Origin: Mobula hypostoma
Taxonomy: Eukaryota
Direction of reading: 5' to 3'
DNA length: 64,000 nucleotides
Assembly (NCBI RefSeq): GCF_963921235.1
Contig: NC_086115.1
Span: 37,510,001 to 37,574,000, forward strand
Shown: piece by piece, positions 13,573 through 26,559 of the stretch
Numbering within the stretch: the first letter of the stretch is position 1
How the letters are laid out: every line of letters starts with the position of its first letter
Made by a program: the position numbers and the translations under genes
Notes under the pieces: model-generated
Databases searched by the model: none
What the model was told of the DNA's origin: nothing
What the model saw: the letters and a program-made list of their open reading frames with translations, nothing else

Positions 13573-14822
13573 AACTGAAGGAAGACTGAGTAAGGGATTT
13601 GAAAGCTGGAGGGGGAGGGGGAGATGCAAAATGATAGGAGAAGACAGGAGGGGGAGGGATAGAGCCGAGAGCTGGACAGGTGATAGGCAAAAGGGGATAC
13701 GAGAGGATCATGGGACAGGAGGTCTGGGAAGAAAGACGGGGGGGGGGTGACCCAGAGGATGGGCAAGAGGTATATTCAGAGGGACAGAGGGAGAAAAAGG
13801 AGAGTGAGAGAAAGAATGTGTGCATAAAAATGAGTAACAGATGGGGTACGAGGGGGAGGTGGGGCCTTAGCGGAAGTTAGAGAAGTCGATGTTCATGCCA
13901 TCAGGTTGGAGGCTACCCAGACGGAATATAAGGTGTTGTTCCTCCAACCTGAGTGTGGCTTCATCTTTACAGTAGAGGAAGCCGTGGATAGACATGTCAG
14001 AATGGGAATTTTTCCCTCCCCCCCTCTCTCTGCATTCCGCAGGGATCGCTCCCTACACAACTCCCTTGTCCATTCGTCCCCCCCATCCCTCCCCACTGAT
14101 CTCCCTCCTGGCACTTATCCGTGTAAGCGGAACAAGTGCTACACATGCCCTTACACTTCCTCCCTTACCACCATTCAGGGCCCCAAACAGTCCTTCCAGG
14201 TGAGGCATCACTTCACCTGTGAGTCGACTGGGGTGATATACTGCGTCCGGTGCTCCCGATGTGGCCTTTTATATATTGGTGAGACCCGACGCAGACTGGG
14301 AGACCGCTTTGCTGAACATCTACGCTCTGTCCGCCAGAGAAAGCAGGATCTCCCAGTGGCCACACATTTTAATTCCACATCCCATTCCCATTCTGACATG
14401 TCTATCCACGGCTTCCTCTACTGTAAAGATGAAGCCACACTCAGGTTGGAGGAACAACACCTTATATTCCGTCTGGGTAGCCTCCAACCTGATGGCATGA
14501 ACATCGACTTCTCTAACTTCCGCTAAGGCCCCACCTCCCCCTCGTACCCCATCTGTTACTCATTTTTATGCACACATTCTTTCTCTCACTCTCCTTTTTC
14601 TCCCTCTGTCCCTCTGAATATACCTCTTGCCCATCCTCTGGGTCACCCCCCCCCCCCGTCTTTCTTCCCGGACCTCCTGTCCCATGATCCTCTCGTATCC
14701 CCTTTTGCCTATCACCTGTCCAGCTCTCGGCTCTATCCCTCCCCCTCCTGTCTTCTCCTATCATTTTGCATCTCCCCCTCCCCCTCCAGCTTTCAAATCC
14801 CTTACTCACTCTTCCTTCAGTT

Positions 14823-14858
14823 AGTCCTGACGAAGGGTCTCGGCCTGAAACGTCGACT
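14823..14858 (+). ncRNA. Minimal type I hammerhead ribozyme motif (PLE-associated)
   Basis: AGTC-CTGACGA-AGGGTCTCGGCCT-GAAACGTC-GACT: stem I AGTC/GACT, core CUGANGA and GAAA, loopless palindromic helix III, predicted cleavage after GUC at 14854. Confidence 0.8.
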
Positions 14859-15203
14859 GCGCCTCTTCCTATAGATGCTGCTTGGCCTGCTGCGTTCACC
14901 AGCAACTTTGATGTATGTTGCTTGAATTTCCAGCATCTGCAGAATTCCTGTTGTTTGGTTGATCAGCATGTTGCTTTTATGCTTTGGTCATTTCCATATG
15001 ATCTCAATACATTAATATATCGTTTGATTTGCAAAAGATAATGCTCTGAAACTGCCTTTACATAGGCTACTTCTGTATGTCTTAACCATTTCAGGCATAT
15101 ATTTTACAGCTAGTAACAAGGCTAAGCATTAAATACATCAGCCACAAAAATCTGTCTGCCTTTCATTCCCATAGCTTAGCTGTCAACTTGAATTAAGAAT
15201 ATA

Positions 15204-15357
15204 CAGGTTGACCTCCACTAATCCGACTACCTGCAGTCCGGTTCCTTCAATAATCCGGCACTGATTATGCTTAATATAATCCTTCTGTAATTTGGCATTT
15301 TCACTAATCCGGCACTCCTCAGGTCCCAATGGTGCCGGATTAGTGAAGGTCGACCTG
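15204..15357. mobile_element. Tc1/pogo-type MITE (154 bp)
   Basis: TA-CAGGTTGACCTCCACTAATCCG ... CGGATTAGTGAAGGTCGACCTG-TA, with internal TAATCCGGCA repeats. Confidence 0.8.
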
Positions 15358-15418
15358 TACTAACACTTGGTGAATTTAAGCCTGTAATATTATTTAAAAA
15401 CAGCACTATTCATAATAC

Positions 15419-15490
15419 CTGTTGTTCCATTATTCTATTTCTTGATTGCTCTTCCTGCTGGTTTATGGAGGATCTTTGAAGAAGCTGGAT
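15419..15490 (-). CDS. CEP55: CEP55 coding exon 6 (72 nt, phase 0/0)
   Basis: Acceptor atatttag| then IQLLQRSSINQQEEQSRNRIMEQQ, donor |GTATTA. Compare human VQFLYTSLLKQQEEQTRVALLEQQ. Confidence 0.9.
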
Positions 15491-16248
15491 CTAAATATTA
15501 AAAACAATGCTTTTTATGATGAATTTAAAAAGGGTGAAATAATTTTCAGACACACATTTAGCTAGGGTTCAAGGAGATTGCTTTGCCCAAGAGGGCAAAA
15601 TCATAAGATTAACTTATATTTTATATATTTTATAAAAAAAAGTATATATTTTAAAGCATGTTGTTGAAGGTTGCAAACGAAAAGAACAAATATCAAATAT
15701 GGCCAGTTTCTGATGATTGTGTCAAAGAACACGACAACACAGTACAGACCCTTTGGCCCACAATGTTGTGCTAATCTTTTAACCTACTCTAAAATCAATT
15801 TAACCTACATAGCTCTCCATTTTCTATTATTCATGTGCCTAACGTATGCACATGCCTCAACCACTATTCCTATCAGTGTTCTGTGTACCCCCCACTCTAA
15901 TAAACTGACCTCTGATATACCCCTAAATTATGCCCCCTCATATTAGTCACCCACCCCCCTGGAAAAAGTCCCTGGCTATCCAGTCAATCTATGTCCCTTA
16001 TCAAAGTCACCTCTCATCCCCCTTCACTCTAAAGAGAAGAGCCCTAGCTTGCTCAACCGATCCTCATAAGATATGCCCTCTAGTCCAGGTAGCATCCTGG
16101 TAAGTCTCCTCTGCACCCCCTCTAAAACTTATACATCCTTTTCATGAGGTGACCATAACTGAACACAATATTCTAAATGTGGTCTAACCTGGGTTTTGCT
16201 TGAACTCATTCACCCCTGACTAATGAAGGCCAATACACCATATGCTTT

Positions 16249-17746
16249 GCAATACACATAAAAGTTGCTGGTGAACGCAGCAGGCCAGGCAGCATCTCTA
16301 GGAAGAGGTACAGTCGACATTTCAGGCTGAAACCCTTCATCAGGACTAACTGAAGGAGCTGGTAAGAGATTTGACAGTGGGAGGGGGAGTGGGAGATCCC
16401 AAATGATAGGGGGAGGGATGGAGCCAAGAGCTGGACAGTTGATTGGGAAAAGGGATATGAGAGAATCATGGGACAGGAGGCCCAGGGAGAAAGAAAGGGG
16501 GGGAAGCCCAGAGGATGGGCACGGGCTATAGTGAGAGGGACAAAAAGGAGAGAGAAAAAGAATGTGTGCATATAAATAAATAAATAATGGATGGGGTACG
16601 AGGGGGAGGTGCGGCATTGGTGGAGGTTTGAGAAGTCAATGTTCATGCCATCAGGTTGGAGGCTACCAAGACGGAATATAAGGTGTTGTTCCTCCAACCT
16701 GAGCGTGGCTTCATCTTTACAGTAGAGGAGGCCGTGGCTAGACATATCAGAATGGGAATGGGAATCCAACATATAATTCTCCATAACTTCCGCCACCTCC
16801 AACTGGATCCCACCACTGAGCATCTTTCCCTCCCCCATCTCTCTGCTTTCCACAAGGATCACTCCCTATGCGACTCCCTTGTCCATTCGTTCCCCACCCC
16901 ATCCCTCCCCACCGATCTCCCTCCTGGCACTTATCCTTGTAAGCGGAACAAGTGCTACACATGCCCTTGCACTTCCTCCCTCACTACCATTCAGGGCCCC
17001 AGACAGTCCTTCCAGGTGAGGCGAAACTTCACCTGTGAGTCGGCTGGGGTGATATACTGCGTCCGGTGCTCCTGATGCAGCCTTCTATATATTGGCAAGT
17101 CCCGACGCAGACTGGGAGATCGTTTCGCTGAACACCTACGCTCTGTCCGCCAGAGAAAGCAGGATCTCCCAGTGGCCACACATTTTAATTCCACGTCCCA
17201 TTCTGATATGTCTATTCACGGCCTCCTCTACTGTAAAGATGAAGCCACACTCAGGTTGGAGGAACAACACCTTATATTCCGTCTGGGTAGCCTCCAACCT
17301 GAAGGCATGGACATTGACTTCTCAAACTTCCGCTAATGCCCCACATCCCCCTCGTACCCCACCCATTATTTATTTATATACACACATTCTTTTTCTCTCT
17401 CTGTCCCTCTCACTATACCCCTTGCCCATCCTCTGGGCTTCCCCCCTCCTTCTTTTCTTTCTTCCTGGGCCTCCTGTCCCATGATCCTCTCATATCCCTT
17501 TTCCCAATCAACTGGCCAGCTCTTGGCTCCATCCCTTCCCCTCCTGTCTTCTCCTATCATTTCGCATCTCCCCCTCCCATTTTCAAATCTCTTACCAGCT
17601 CTTCTTTCAGTTAGTCCTGGCGAAGGGTCTCGGACTGAAACGTCGGCTGTACCTCTTTCTAGAGATGCTGCCTGGCCTGCTGCGTTCACCAGCAACTTTT
17701 ATGCGTGTTGCTTGAAATTCCAGCATCTGCAGATTTCCTCGTGTTG
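16249..17746 (+). mobile_element. Penelope-like element with inverted 5' arm, nested in a CR1 LINE
   Basis: TSD ACACCATATGCTTT / ACGCCATATGCTTT (16235-16248 / 17747-17760). GIY-YIG region has a premature stop. Inverted arm 16249 to about 16763. Confidence 0.9.
16312..16347 (-). ncRNA. Hammerhead motif, helix III altered by CpG decay
   Basis: AGTC-CTGATGA-AGGGTTTCAGCCT-GAAATGTC-GACT. Confidence 0.6.
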
Positions 17747-19469
17747 ACGCCATATGCTTTAACAAACCCTATCAACTTATACTGCAATCTTGAGGGATCT
17801 CTATAGATTTGAAATTCCAATATCCTTTTCTCCACACTGTCAAGAACTTTGCCATTAACCCTGTAAGCTGCCTTCAAATTCGACCTTCCAAAGTGAATCA
17901 TTTTACACCATTACAGAGTGAACTCCATCTGCCAACTCAGTCCAGTTTTGCATCCTATCAATGTCCTGTTATAATCTACGACAACCCTCCACACTCCTCA
18001 CAATTCCAGCCTTTGCATCATCTGCAAACTTAGTAACCAACCCTTCCACTTCCTCATCCAAGTCATTTATAAAAATCAGATAGATCCAGGGTCCCTATGG
18101 AACACCAGTAATCACCAACCTCCAGGCAGAATACTCTCCATATACTACCACCCTCTGCCTTCTATAAACAAGCCAATTCTGTATCCACACAGCCTAGTTT
18201 CCCTAGGTACCAATGGCCCCCAACTTTCTGAAAGACCCTACCGTGGGGAACCTTACCAAACACCTTACTAAAATCTATATACACATTTTGTATCATCGTC
18301 TTGCAAAGAACATTAACTGTTTTAACTTCAGTTGTTAACTTTAAAGGAATTCAGTTTAGGTGTAAAGGACTTCAAAATACTGGAAATTTATAGGACTATA
18401 GGGAAATGCTATTAAATGTATAAACAGGATATAACTATATTAAACCATGGCAACCTCAACCTTTTCTTGTACCACTTGTCAGTGGGTCTTTTACCTAATG
18501 TAGAACTCTATCAGCCCTGTATATTCATTGATGTACCCATAGTAGGTAATCTACCTCTTAAGAGGATTGTACATCCGTACTTAGATACAAGCACTGTATT
18601 GTATCAGCATATTAAGAGCTCTAAAAAGTATAAAAATTGAAGTTTCTTCCACACTAAAATGTAGTTTAATAATAACAATCTAGTAACAATCAAAATATTC
18701 AACAATAGTAAGTATTTGCATGATTTATTTTGGAACTATTAGTAGCTTCTGAATATACTTCAATAGCTTTCAGCCATTCTAATCTTCGCATCAATTCATC
18801 CAAATTCACAAAAACGTGTCCAGTCCCAAAAAGTTCTCATGTGATCTGTTAAGGATTCAAACACCATAATAAGCTAACAATAAGAGCAAGAAAGCACTTC
18901 ACCAAAAGGTATTAAATAAATGATATAGACCCATCAAGTTAAAAAAGAACCATTAAAGAGGAAAAAAAACATTGAGGCAGTAGGTCACACCTTTGCACAA
19001 GAAACAAATTGGGAACCTTGTTGAGATAATGTCAAATATTAATGAAAAATAAATATGCATTGGGAATAAATAAGCTAATTCCTTCGAGCTCTTGAGTCTC
19101 AAACCACTGAAAATATACAAAAGCCAACAAAATCCCTGAATTAACTGACCAGTGAGCACTCTCGGGGTTGAATTGACAGCAAAAGAAAAGAATTTCAAGT
19201 GCAAAAGAAAACAGAAAAAGCTGGTGTAAAAAAAAATATCATTCTAAAACATGGTTCAAATATACTAAAATGCAGTTACCTAATGTAAAAAATTCCTGAA
19301 TATCTGAGAATGCAAGCTATGGCAGCAATCATTTATTTTGATAACAGATATGATTCTATGTAGTGTCCTCACAACTAATGCAAAATGACACCAGCTAAAA
19401 TGTGTTACAGTGGTACAATTGTAGAACAAAGAAATACTAGACATCATTAAATGTGAACTGAATTTTAAC

Positions 19470-19786
19470 CTGATACAAAAAGTCAGCTGATCTTTTTTTC
19501 TCCTCTTCATATTGAGCTTTGAAGGTCTCCAAGTCAGTTTGAAGTCTCTGGATCTTTTCAGCTGAGGATTTCCTTTCTTCATCAGCCTTCCATTTGTTGC
19601 ACCCTTGCTCTGCATGTAATTTGATACTCATGGCCTTGACTTCCAAGTTCTTTTCTTCATAACGCTTTTTCAATTCTGAAAGTTCCAACTTTAGTCCCTC
19701 TGCAATCTCACACTGTTCTTCAAAATTTTTCTTAGCAGTTGAAAGAAGTTGGTCATAGTGCTTCTGTTTCTCTTCTGACAGTTCAT
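19470..19786 (-). CDS. CEP55: CEP55 coding exon 5 (317 nt)
   Basis: Acceptor gatgcag| then (N)ELSEEKQKHYDQLLSTAKK...ELSELKKRYEE...EKIQRL...EEEKKRSADFLYQ, donor |GTTAAA. Confidence 0.93.
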
Positions 19787-20596
19787 CTGCATCGACATTG
19801 AAATGTAACTCAAATCAGAAAATGACAAATCTAAAGCTTCATAAACAACGACCTTACAATCACAGGTTCAAAAAAATCCAACATAGCCAAAATATGTCAC
19901 ATGTCCATTTGGACCAACAGATTAATACTTGTGAAAAATATTTGAAGTGAGATTAGTGCATGGTATTCAAATCAGTACTCCAACCTAAAAAAGTATTTTA
20001 AATGTTAGAAACATTGGTCTAATCAACTAGGAATGCACCCAAAAATCTTTTCTGAAAGGATAATGAAGGATTATTTCACATCAGATAAACAGTTAAGATA
20101 GTCTGGAACAACTATTAAAGACTCTAGTTAAAGTTCATCCAGTTAAAGGCCAGAGAAAGTTATCTCCAAGCAAAGCATTCTAAAAAGCCGTTTTGTACAC
20201 TAAGCCTAGTATTAGAAGATACTTCACAGTAAAACAAAATTAAGTGATTGAGATTCCTTAAACTAGTTGTAAAAATGATTAAAATTTTAATGTTTTACTT
20301 TTACATTATTCAGAGAAAGTTGTGCATAGCATTTTTTTAAATATCAAAATCTCTTGGCTGGTATTTTCAACCGAAGAAAATAACTGTCACAGGAAAAATA
20401 GGTGCTTCCAGTCTTGGGGACCAAAGATAGCTTTGATTTTTAAACCTTTATCTAGTTTGTATAATAAAGAGCATCTCACATGAAATTGATAGAAAAATGC
20501 TCTGTTTTGAGAGTGCACAAAAAGAGTATTATGGTATGCAGGGTTAAGTTGTTTCTCTAAAATAAAATCTCAGACAGGAATGATGTAGTTCCATAC

Positions 20597-20723
20597 TTGC
20601 TGTGCTGGTATCACAATGTTTTCTAGTTTCTTGCTCCAGTTCAAATATTCGGGCCAGTAGCCCCCTGACATAGGCCTCTCGCTGTTGGTCATAAACTAGC
20701 CATTGCTGGTTTTTCTCAAGAGC
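20597..20723 (-). CDS. CEP55: CEP55 coding exon 4 (EABR, ESCRT/ALIX-binding region; 127 nt)
   Basis: Acceptor ccatccag| then ALEKNQQWLVYDQQREAYVRGLLARIFELE, nearly identical to the CEP55 EABR. Donor A|GTATGG is phase 1 and fits the next exon. Confidence 0.95.
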
Positions 20724-21874
20724 CTGGATGGAAAACCAAACACATATTACCAAGTAACAGAAGTATTTAAGTTACAGCAAGCTGTGCACACATAACATTC
20801 ATTAGATTTACATAAAGTCTACAAGTTCTGGAAATCTAAAATTTGTATATTGTTTAAAATGTTTTGGTCAGCATCGAAAAGGCCAGATTCAAGCTCACAG
20901 AGCACTTACATTTCTCTTGCAGAGGCTGATGAATGTTTTTAAAACTTTATCTCTTAGTTACTACTCTGCCATGCCTTATAAAGTTTAAGCTATATCAAAC
21001 ATGTAACAAACAGTGGAACGTTTCAATATTCTCTCATTTGCTTCCGACAAGCAGTTAAATCTCAAAGCTGATAACAGAAGAATGCTTGCCATTATACTAT
21101 ACAAAATACCTCACCCATGGAGGGGAAGAGTATCCATTACCAATGTGTGCCAGGAGCAGGTTTCTTACCAAAAAGGAACAGGCATATACCCAGCTAGTGC
21201 GAGTGCTAGCTAATCTTAAAGACGCAGAGACAAATCATGGTGCAAAGCAACCTGGAAACAATTTGTTTAATGACATCTTGGCAAGAAACCCTAGGAAAAA
21301 AACTGTCTATGTTTCTATTAAAATGGCTTCCTTCATAATTAATATAGAAGCTTAAACATCTGATGGTTAGCACAAAAATAATTTGAAACCATTCTGACAT
21401 CTAGTGGAGAACTGTCTAGCTACAGGTAATAAAGCTAACATTTACAGTATACTTAAGTTGGACAACTCCCTTATCTCTATATAGATTTACTGGAAGTATT
21501 TAACCAATGTTCAAATATAATTCAAAGTGCCCAGATTCATCACCTCCCAGCAGAGGAAGGAACATCAGAAGGGTAACCACATCTCAAATTACCTTAGTGA
21601 CCAAATTAGCTGAATGTGTTCAAGAGAAACCTGTGGCATTTCTTTGGCCTATTTAAACATGGCTTTCAAAGGCAGTAAATCACATTTATTACTTCCATAA
21701 AGAAAAACAAAGCACAGGCAATCGTTACGGGTTTTGTTCCCAAGGACTGCCTAACCTGATTTCTTGGCAACTCAAATACCAGTTAGAGAAAACCCATATA
21801 TCACTTTAAATACACTTGCTGTAATTCATTTCATTGAATATTCACCCAAATACTGTGCATAAACTAATAGGGTA

Positions 21875-24307
21875 CACTCAGACCCTGCTTAACACTGAGG
21901 ATGCGCACCTTGGAGGTGGAGCTCTATGCAAATCAGCCCCATGCAGGGTGATTATAGCATTACAGAAACGGACATGTGTCTGATTTTTAAAAATTAAACA
22001 CTATATATTATTTTACGTACACACAGCAATTTGTGGAGTAACAAACATGCAAATAGGCCTGTGCATCAGTGGAGGGAAGTGGGTTGTGGTTACATCTTAG
22101 AGGGACCAGACTGTGGGTTCTCCTCTAACTTTGGCTTCTCCTTCATCAAGATTTGACTGCCTTTTCTTAAGTTTCCTTTCAAGAAGCAGCTCTCAGTAGC
22201 AGGAAACCATGTCGAAGATACCTCTCTTTGCTTTGTTGCTTTTCTCCCAGTCAGGCTATTATCAATGAACTGAAATGAATTTGATTTGACTTTATTTCTT
22301 ACATCCTTCTTCTACATGAGGAGTAAAAATCTTTACGCTACGTCTCCATCTAAATGTGTAAAGTGCAATTTATAATAAATAGTATGTACAACAGGACGGT
22401 CAATATAACATAGAAATACAATTGTGTAAGCATGATTTAATCAGTGTGATGGCCTGGTGGAAGGAGCTGTCCTGGAGCCTGTTGATCCTGACTTTTATGC
22501 TGCGGTACCGTTTCCTGGATGGTAACAGTTGGAACAGTTTGTGGTTGCGGGGACTTGGGTCCCCAATGATTCTTTGGGCCCTTTTTACACACATCTTTGT
22601 AAACGTCCTGAATAGTGGGAACAATTTCACCTACAGATGCGCTGGGCTGTCCACACCACCCTCTGCAGAGTCCAGCGACTGAGGGAAGTACAGTTCCCAT
22701 ACCAGGCAGTGATGCAACCAGTCAGGATGCTCTCAATTGTGCCCCTGTAGAAAGTTCTTAGGATCTGAGGGCCCGTACCAAACTTCAACCGTCTGAGGTG
22801 AAAGAAGTGCAGTTATGTCTTTTTCTCCACACAGCTGGTACGTACAGACCACGTGAGATCCTCGGTGATGAGGATGCCGAGGAATCTAAAGCTGTTCACC
22901 CTCTCAACCCCAGATCCATTGATATCTATAGGGGTTAGCATGCTCCATTCCTCCTGTAATCCACAACCGGCTTCTTTGTTTTTGTGACATTGGGGAAGAG
23001 GCTGTTTGCTCAACACCACTATGTCAGGGTGATGACTTCTTCTCTGTAGGCTGCTTCATTATTATTTGAGATTAGGCCAATCAGTGTAGTATCATCAGCA
23101 AAATTAATTAGCAGATTGGAACAGTGGGTGACGAGAGTCATGGGTATATAGAGAGTAAAGGAGGAGGCTTGGTACACAGCCCTGAGGGGCACCTGTGTTG
23201 AGGATCAGAGATGAGGGAGCCCTCTCTTTCCAACTGCCAGCAATCTGACAGGAAGTCCAGGATCCAGGTACACAAGGCAGGGTGAAGGCCGAGGGCTCTG
23301 AGCTTCTTGTCGAGCCTGGAGGGAATTATGGTCTTGAATGCTGAACTGTGTGTCTATGACTTGTGTGATTGCAGTGATGCTAGTGCTAGGAATTTTGTAG
23401 TTAACCAGTCCTTTGCAGCCTTGAACCCAGATGCATGTTTCTCTGCGAGAGATGAAAGTACGAGAAGGCGTTCTTTTCCAAAATAGGCCCATTTCATCTA
23501 CGTTGAAGGCAAGCTTGGGAAGGGAATCATCCTTTTCGATTAAGGCCCTCAGTGTTGAAGGAAAATCCTGGGCTGCCTTGCTGTCTGCACTAACCACTTC
23601 CCCAGAGATACGCATGATATGGAGGCTACTACGCTGTTTAAATCTGTTAAACCAACCTCTGCTGGCTATAAATGTTACCAACATACTATCTTCTTCTTGA
23701 ATACAATTGAAGACGCTTCTTGCCTTTTCCATTGTTATCAGCTAGCTTAGGGACATGTTTCATTGCCTTTGGTCATCCACCCATATACTTAGTCTATTTT
23801 CCATTTTTATCAAGTGAATGGCTCCTTGGACGAGTTACCTTTCTCGATGATAACTTTGAGGTTGTCGTTGCAAAAGCTTTATCTCGTCTGCATTTTTTAT
23901 AATTGTTCTGATTGTCAATGTAATCAATTTCAAAGAGGTACCAACATCAACCTGACACTTCCAAATGCCATACTGATGCTTTTCCGAGACACCTTCGGTG
24001 TCCTACCCTCATGGGAAGCTGCAGGCTGTTTTCCAGTCATTATGGGTGAAAAGAATGGAATAAATTGACGAGGGAGCAGGAATATTTACACATGCAGTTA
24101 AGGCAGTGTGTGAACTAATACATGATTGGCTGAGTGGCTCAGAGCATATATAAAGCAATTTCATTGGCTAATTGAATGTTTATTGCAATGGCAGCCACCG
24201 AGAAGCATTGTGTGTTGTTTAGAATAAATTTTTGTAATTTAAAAAAATTTCTACAAAGAATTGAATAACTGCATTGTAACGAATCAGCGCTATGCGGGGT
24301 CTGAGTG
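21875..24307 (-). mobile_element. Tigger/pogo DNA transposon remnant, interrupted by a LINE
   Basis: TIRs TA-CACTCAGACCC / GGGTCTGAGTG-TA. Transposase fragment FIASRGWFNRFKQR..SGEVVSAD..FNVDEMGLFWKRTPSRTFIS at about 23370-24040. Confidence 0.85.
22268..23347 (-). mobile_element. Rex1/Babar-like LINE 3' fragment inside the Tigger
   Basis: VERVNSFRFLGILITEDLTWS; AQRIIGDPS..LFQLLPSRKRYRSIK..RLQDSSFHQAI; short-repeat tail. Confidence 0.75.
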
Positions 24308-24698
24308 TACATACACCATTAACAAATACCACCAAACATCTTGTCATTTTGAAAATACTTTCAAAACATATGTTGCATGACTAAAGCCTACACAACTTAG
24401 AAATGAAATTTACAACATGTATTTTATGTTTCCACCCAAATGTAAACACCACTAAGGACTCATTACATACCACTATGGACACATTAATTTTGAGTGACAT
24501 TGCAGCAATACAATGTTTGTTAAAAGAAAGTTTCAGTTGATCACCTTTAATCAGAACTGAAAAGTCAGACTGACAGTGTAAATTTGTTTTCCCTCCAATG
24601 CTGCCTTACCTATTGAATGTCTTAAATATTTTATTTTCTTGAAATTACAGGTTTATTCTCAGGAATAATGCTTTTTTTTTAAAAAAAGAGAGACTTAC

Positions 24699-24752
24699 AT
24701 CTTTCAGTTGAGCTTGAACATTTTCAAATTCATATGATGACACAGTTTGGTT
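24699..24752 (-). CDS. CEP55: CEP55 coding exon 3 (54 nt)
   Basis: Acceptor tattatag| then NQTVSSYEFENVQAQLKD, donor |GTAAGT. Ends in QLKD, which directly precedes ALEKNQQW in CEP55. Confidence 0.88.
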
Positions 24753-25319
24753 CTATAATACGTTTAAAAAAAAGCATCAGTATTAGGGCCACAAATAAAA
24801 GACAACTAAAAAAATAAAATAAAATCAGCTCAAACCTCTTAAAATTAAGAACAAAGACTTTTCTCCCTTTTATCTTTAATGCACTTGGCTGATAATTCTA
24901 GATAACTAATATTGAAATTGGTGATTACATAAAAATATTAGAAACAGCCCAAAGTCAACCAGATGTAATTTACTACAGAGGAGCATCTCAAGCCTTGTGC
25001 AGTAGCCCAATCTTGTCCCAGGTAATGAAGGTGTGAGGAATCTAATCTGACATTGATATAGCAGAAGATCTGGTCCAAACCTGTACTCAGCTGTTGGACT
25101 CTGCAAAGGATTAAGAAATAGTGAATGGGACAAATTGCTATTTTTGAAATTTTTCTATAATGAGCTTGGTGACACTGACACACAGAAATATCAATATCTG
25201 TGTGCAACTACCAGCACTTCATTTCAAAATTTAATCAGAATAATTTAATCCAAGGCCAAGCAAAGAATTCAAAAACAAAGTGGTGAAGTCAAGTGCACAT
25301 TTTTGAGAGAGAATGAAAA

Positions 25320-25865
25320 CCATAAGACTTTGGAGCAAATTAGGCCATTCGGCCCATTCTACCACTCCATCATAGCCGATTTATCTTCTCTCACAACCCC
25401 ATTCTCTTGCCTTCTCTCCATAACCTTTGACACCCTGACTAATCAAGAACCCATCTAACTCTGCATTTAAATGACTTGGCCTCCATGAATGAATTCCACA
25501 GATACACAACACTGTCTAAAGAAATTCCTCCTCTGTTCTAAAGGGACATCCTTCTATTCTGAGGCTGTGCCCTCTGGTCTTTGACTCCCCCACTACAGGA
25601 AACATTCTCCCAAGTTCACTCTATATTTGAAGGCCTTTCAATATTTGATAGGTTTCAATGAGATCCACCCCCCCCCCACCCATTCACTCTTCTAAACTCC
25701 AGCAAATACAAACCCATAGGCATCAAATGCTCTTCATACATTGTCTCTTTTATTCCCACCAATCTCCTCTGAAACCTCTCCAATGCAGCACATCTTTTTT
25801 TAGATAAGGGGCACAAAACTGCATGTGTGGTCTGACCAATGCCTTATAAAACTTTAGCATTAAAT
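25320..25865 (-). mobile_element. CR1 3' fragment
   Basis: Same 3' tail (TTAGGCCATTCGGCCC..AATCAAGAAC) as 8236-8700 and 2677-2880. Confidence 0.65.
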
Positions 25866-26406
25866 CCTTAAATAAAGCGCAAATATCAAATTGCTAAATC
25901 TGTCTACTTTAGTAATTAAAATAATTAGTGTCTGAAGGAATGAGATTTCAGACTCCACACTATAAGATTAATTGTCAGTCATTAGAAAAGTAGTTGCAAT
26001 ATTAACTACTAGACTGTTTTCTGTGGCAAATTTATTAAGTAATTAAAATGAAAATGTTAGGAATTTATGAAGCTCAGGGGTTTGGTAAGAGATGCCTGTA
26101 TTGAAGATAGCATTTAGAATCTAAAATTTTAGATGGTGTTAGATGGACAGCAGTCTGAGGTAATTCAAAATTCGCTCTTTCTTACAGGAAAGAGTATTCA
26201 GCTTGTAGCACCAAGAAACTAGTAACTCTAATGCAAATTCCAACCGTATAATTTATTTTTCATTCTGAAAACAAGATAAAACTAAGCAATATATTGGTCA
26301 ATAGATTAGACATGAGATTCAAACCTTTGTTCTCTTTCTAAGCCCATATTAAAATTCTATCTACAGATTATTGAAGATTTTTCAAGTGAATCTCAAGATT
26401 TAGAAT

Positions 26407-26559
26407 TTATAACAATTTTAGTCAAAAGCAGAAATCAGTTTACTATAGATAATTTTGAAATGGTTCACCTGTATTTTGCAGTTATAACAATTTTAGTCAA
26501 AAGCAGAAATCAGTTTACTATAGATAATTTTGAAATGGTTCACCTGTATTTTGCAGTTA
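26407..26559. repeat. Perfect 75-bp tandem duplication
   Basis: 26407-26481 equals 26482-26556, with TTA microhomology. Confidence 0.95.

Larger units (their letters stand above)
13478..14955 (+). mobile_element. Penelope-like element (Neptune-type, GIY-YIG) with inverted 5' arm
   Basis: 14-bp TSD TGGTTGATCAGCAT (13464-13477 / 14956-14969). The left arm, 13478 to about 14009, is the reverse complement of the 3' end. The ORF has a CKRNKCYTC linker and GVIYCVRCSRCGLLYIGETRRRLGDRFAEH. Confidence 0.92.
15725..18290 (-). mobile_element. CR1 LINE fragment split by the Penelope-like insertion
   Basis: KAYGVLAFISQG on the left continues with IHFGRSN..YRVNGK on the right of the TSD. Confidence 0.75.
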
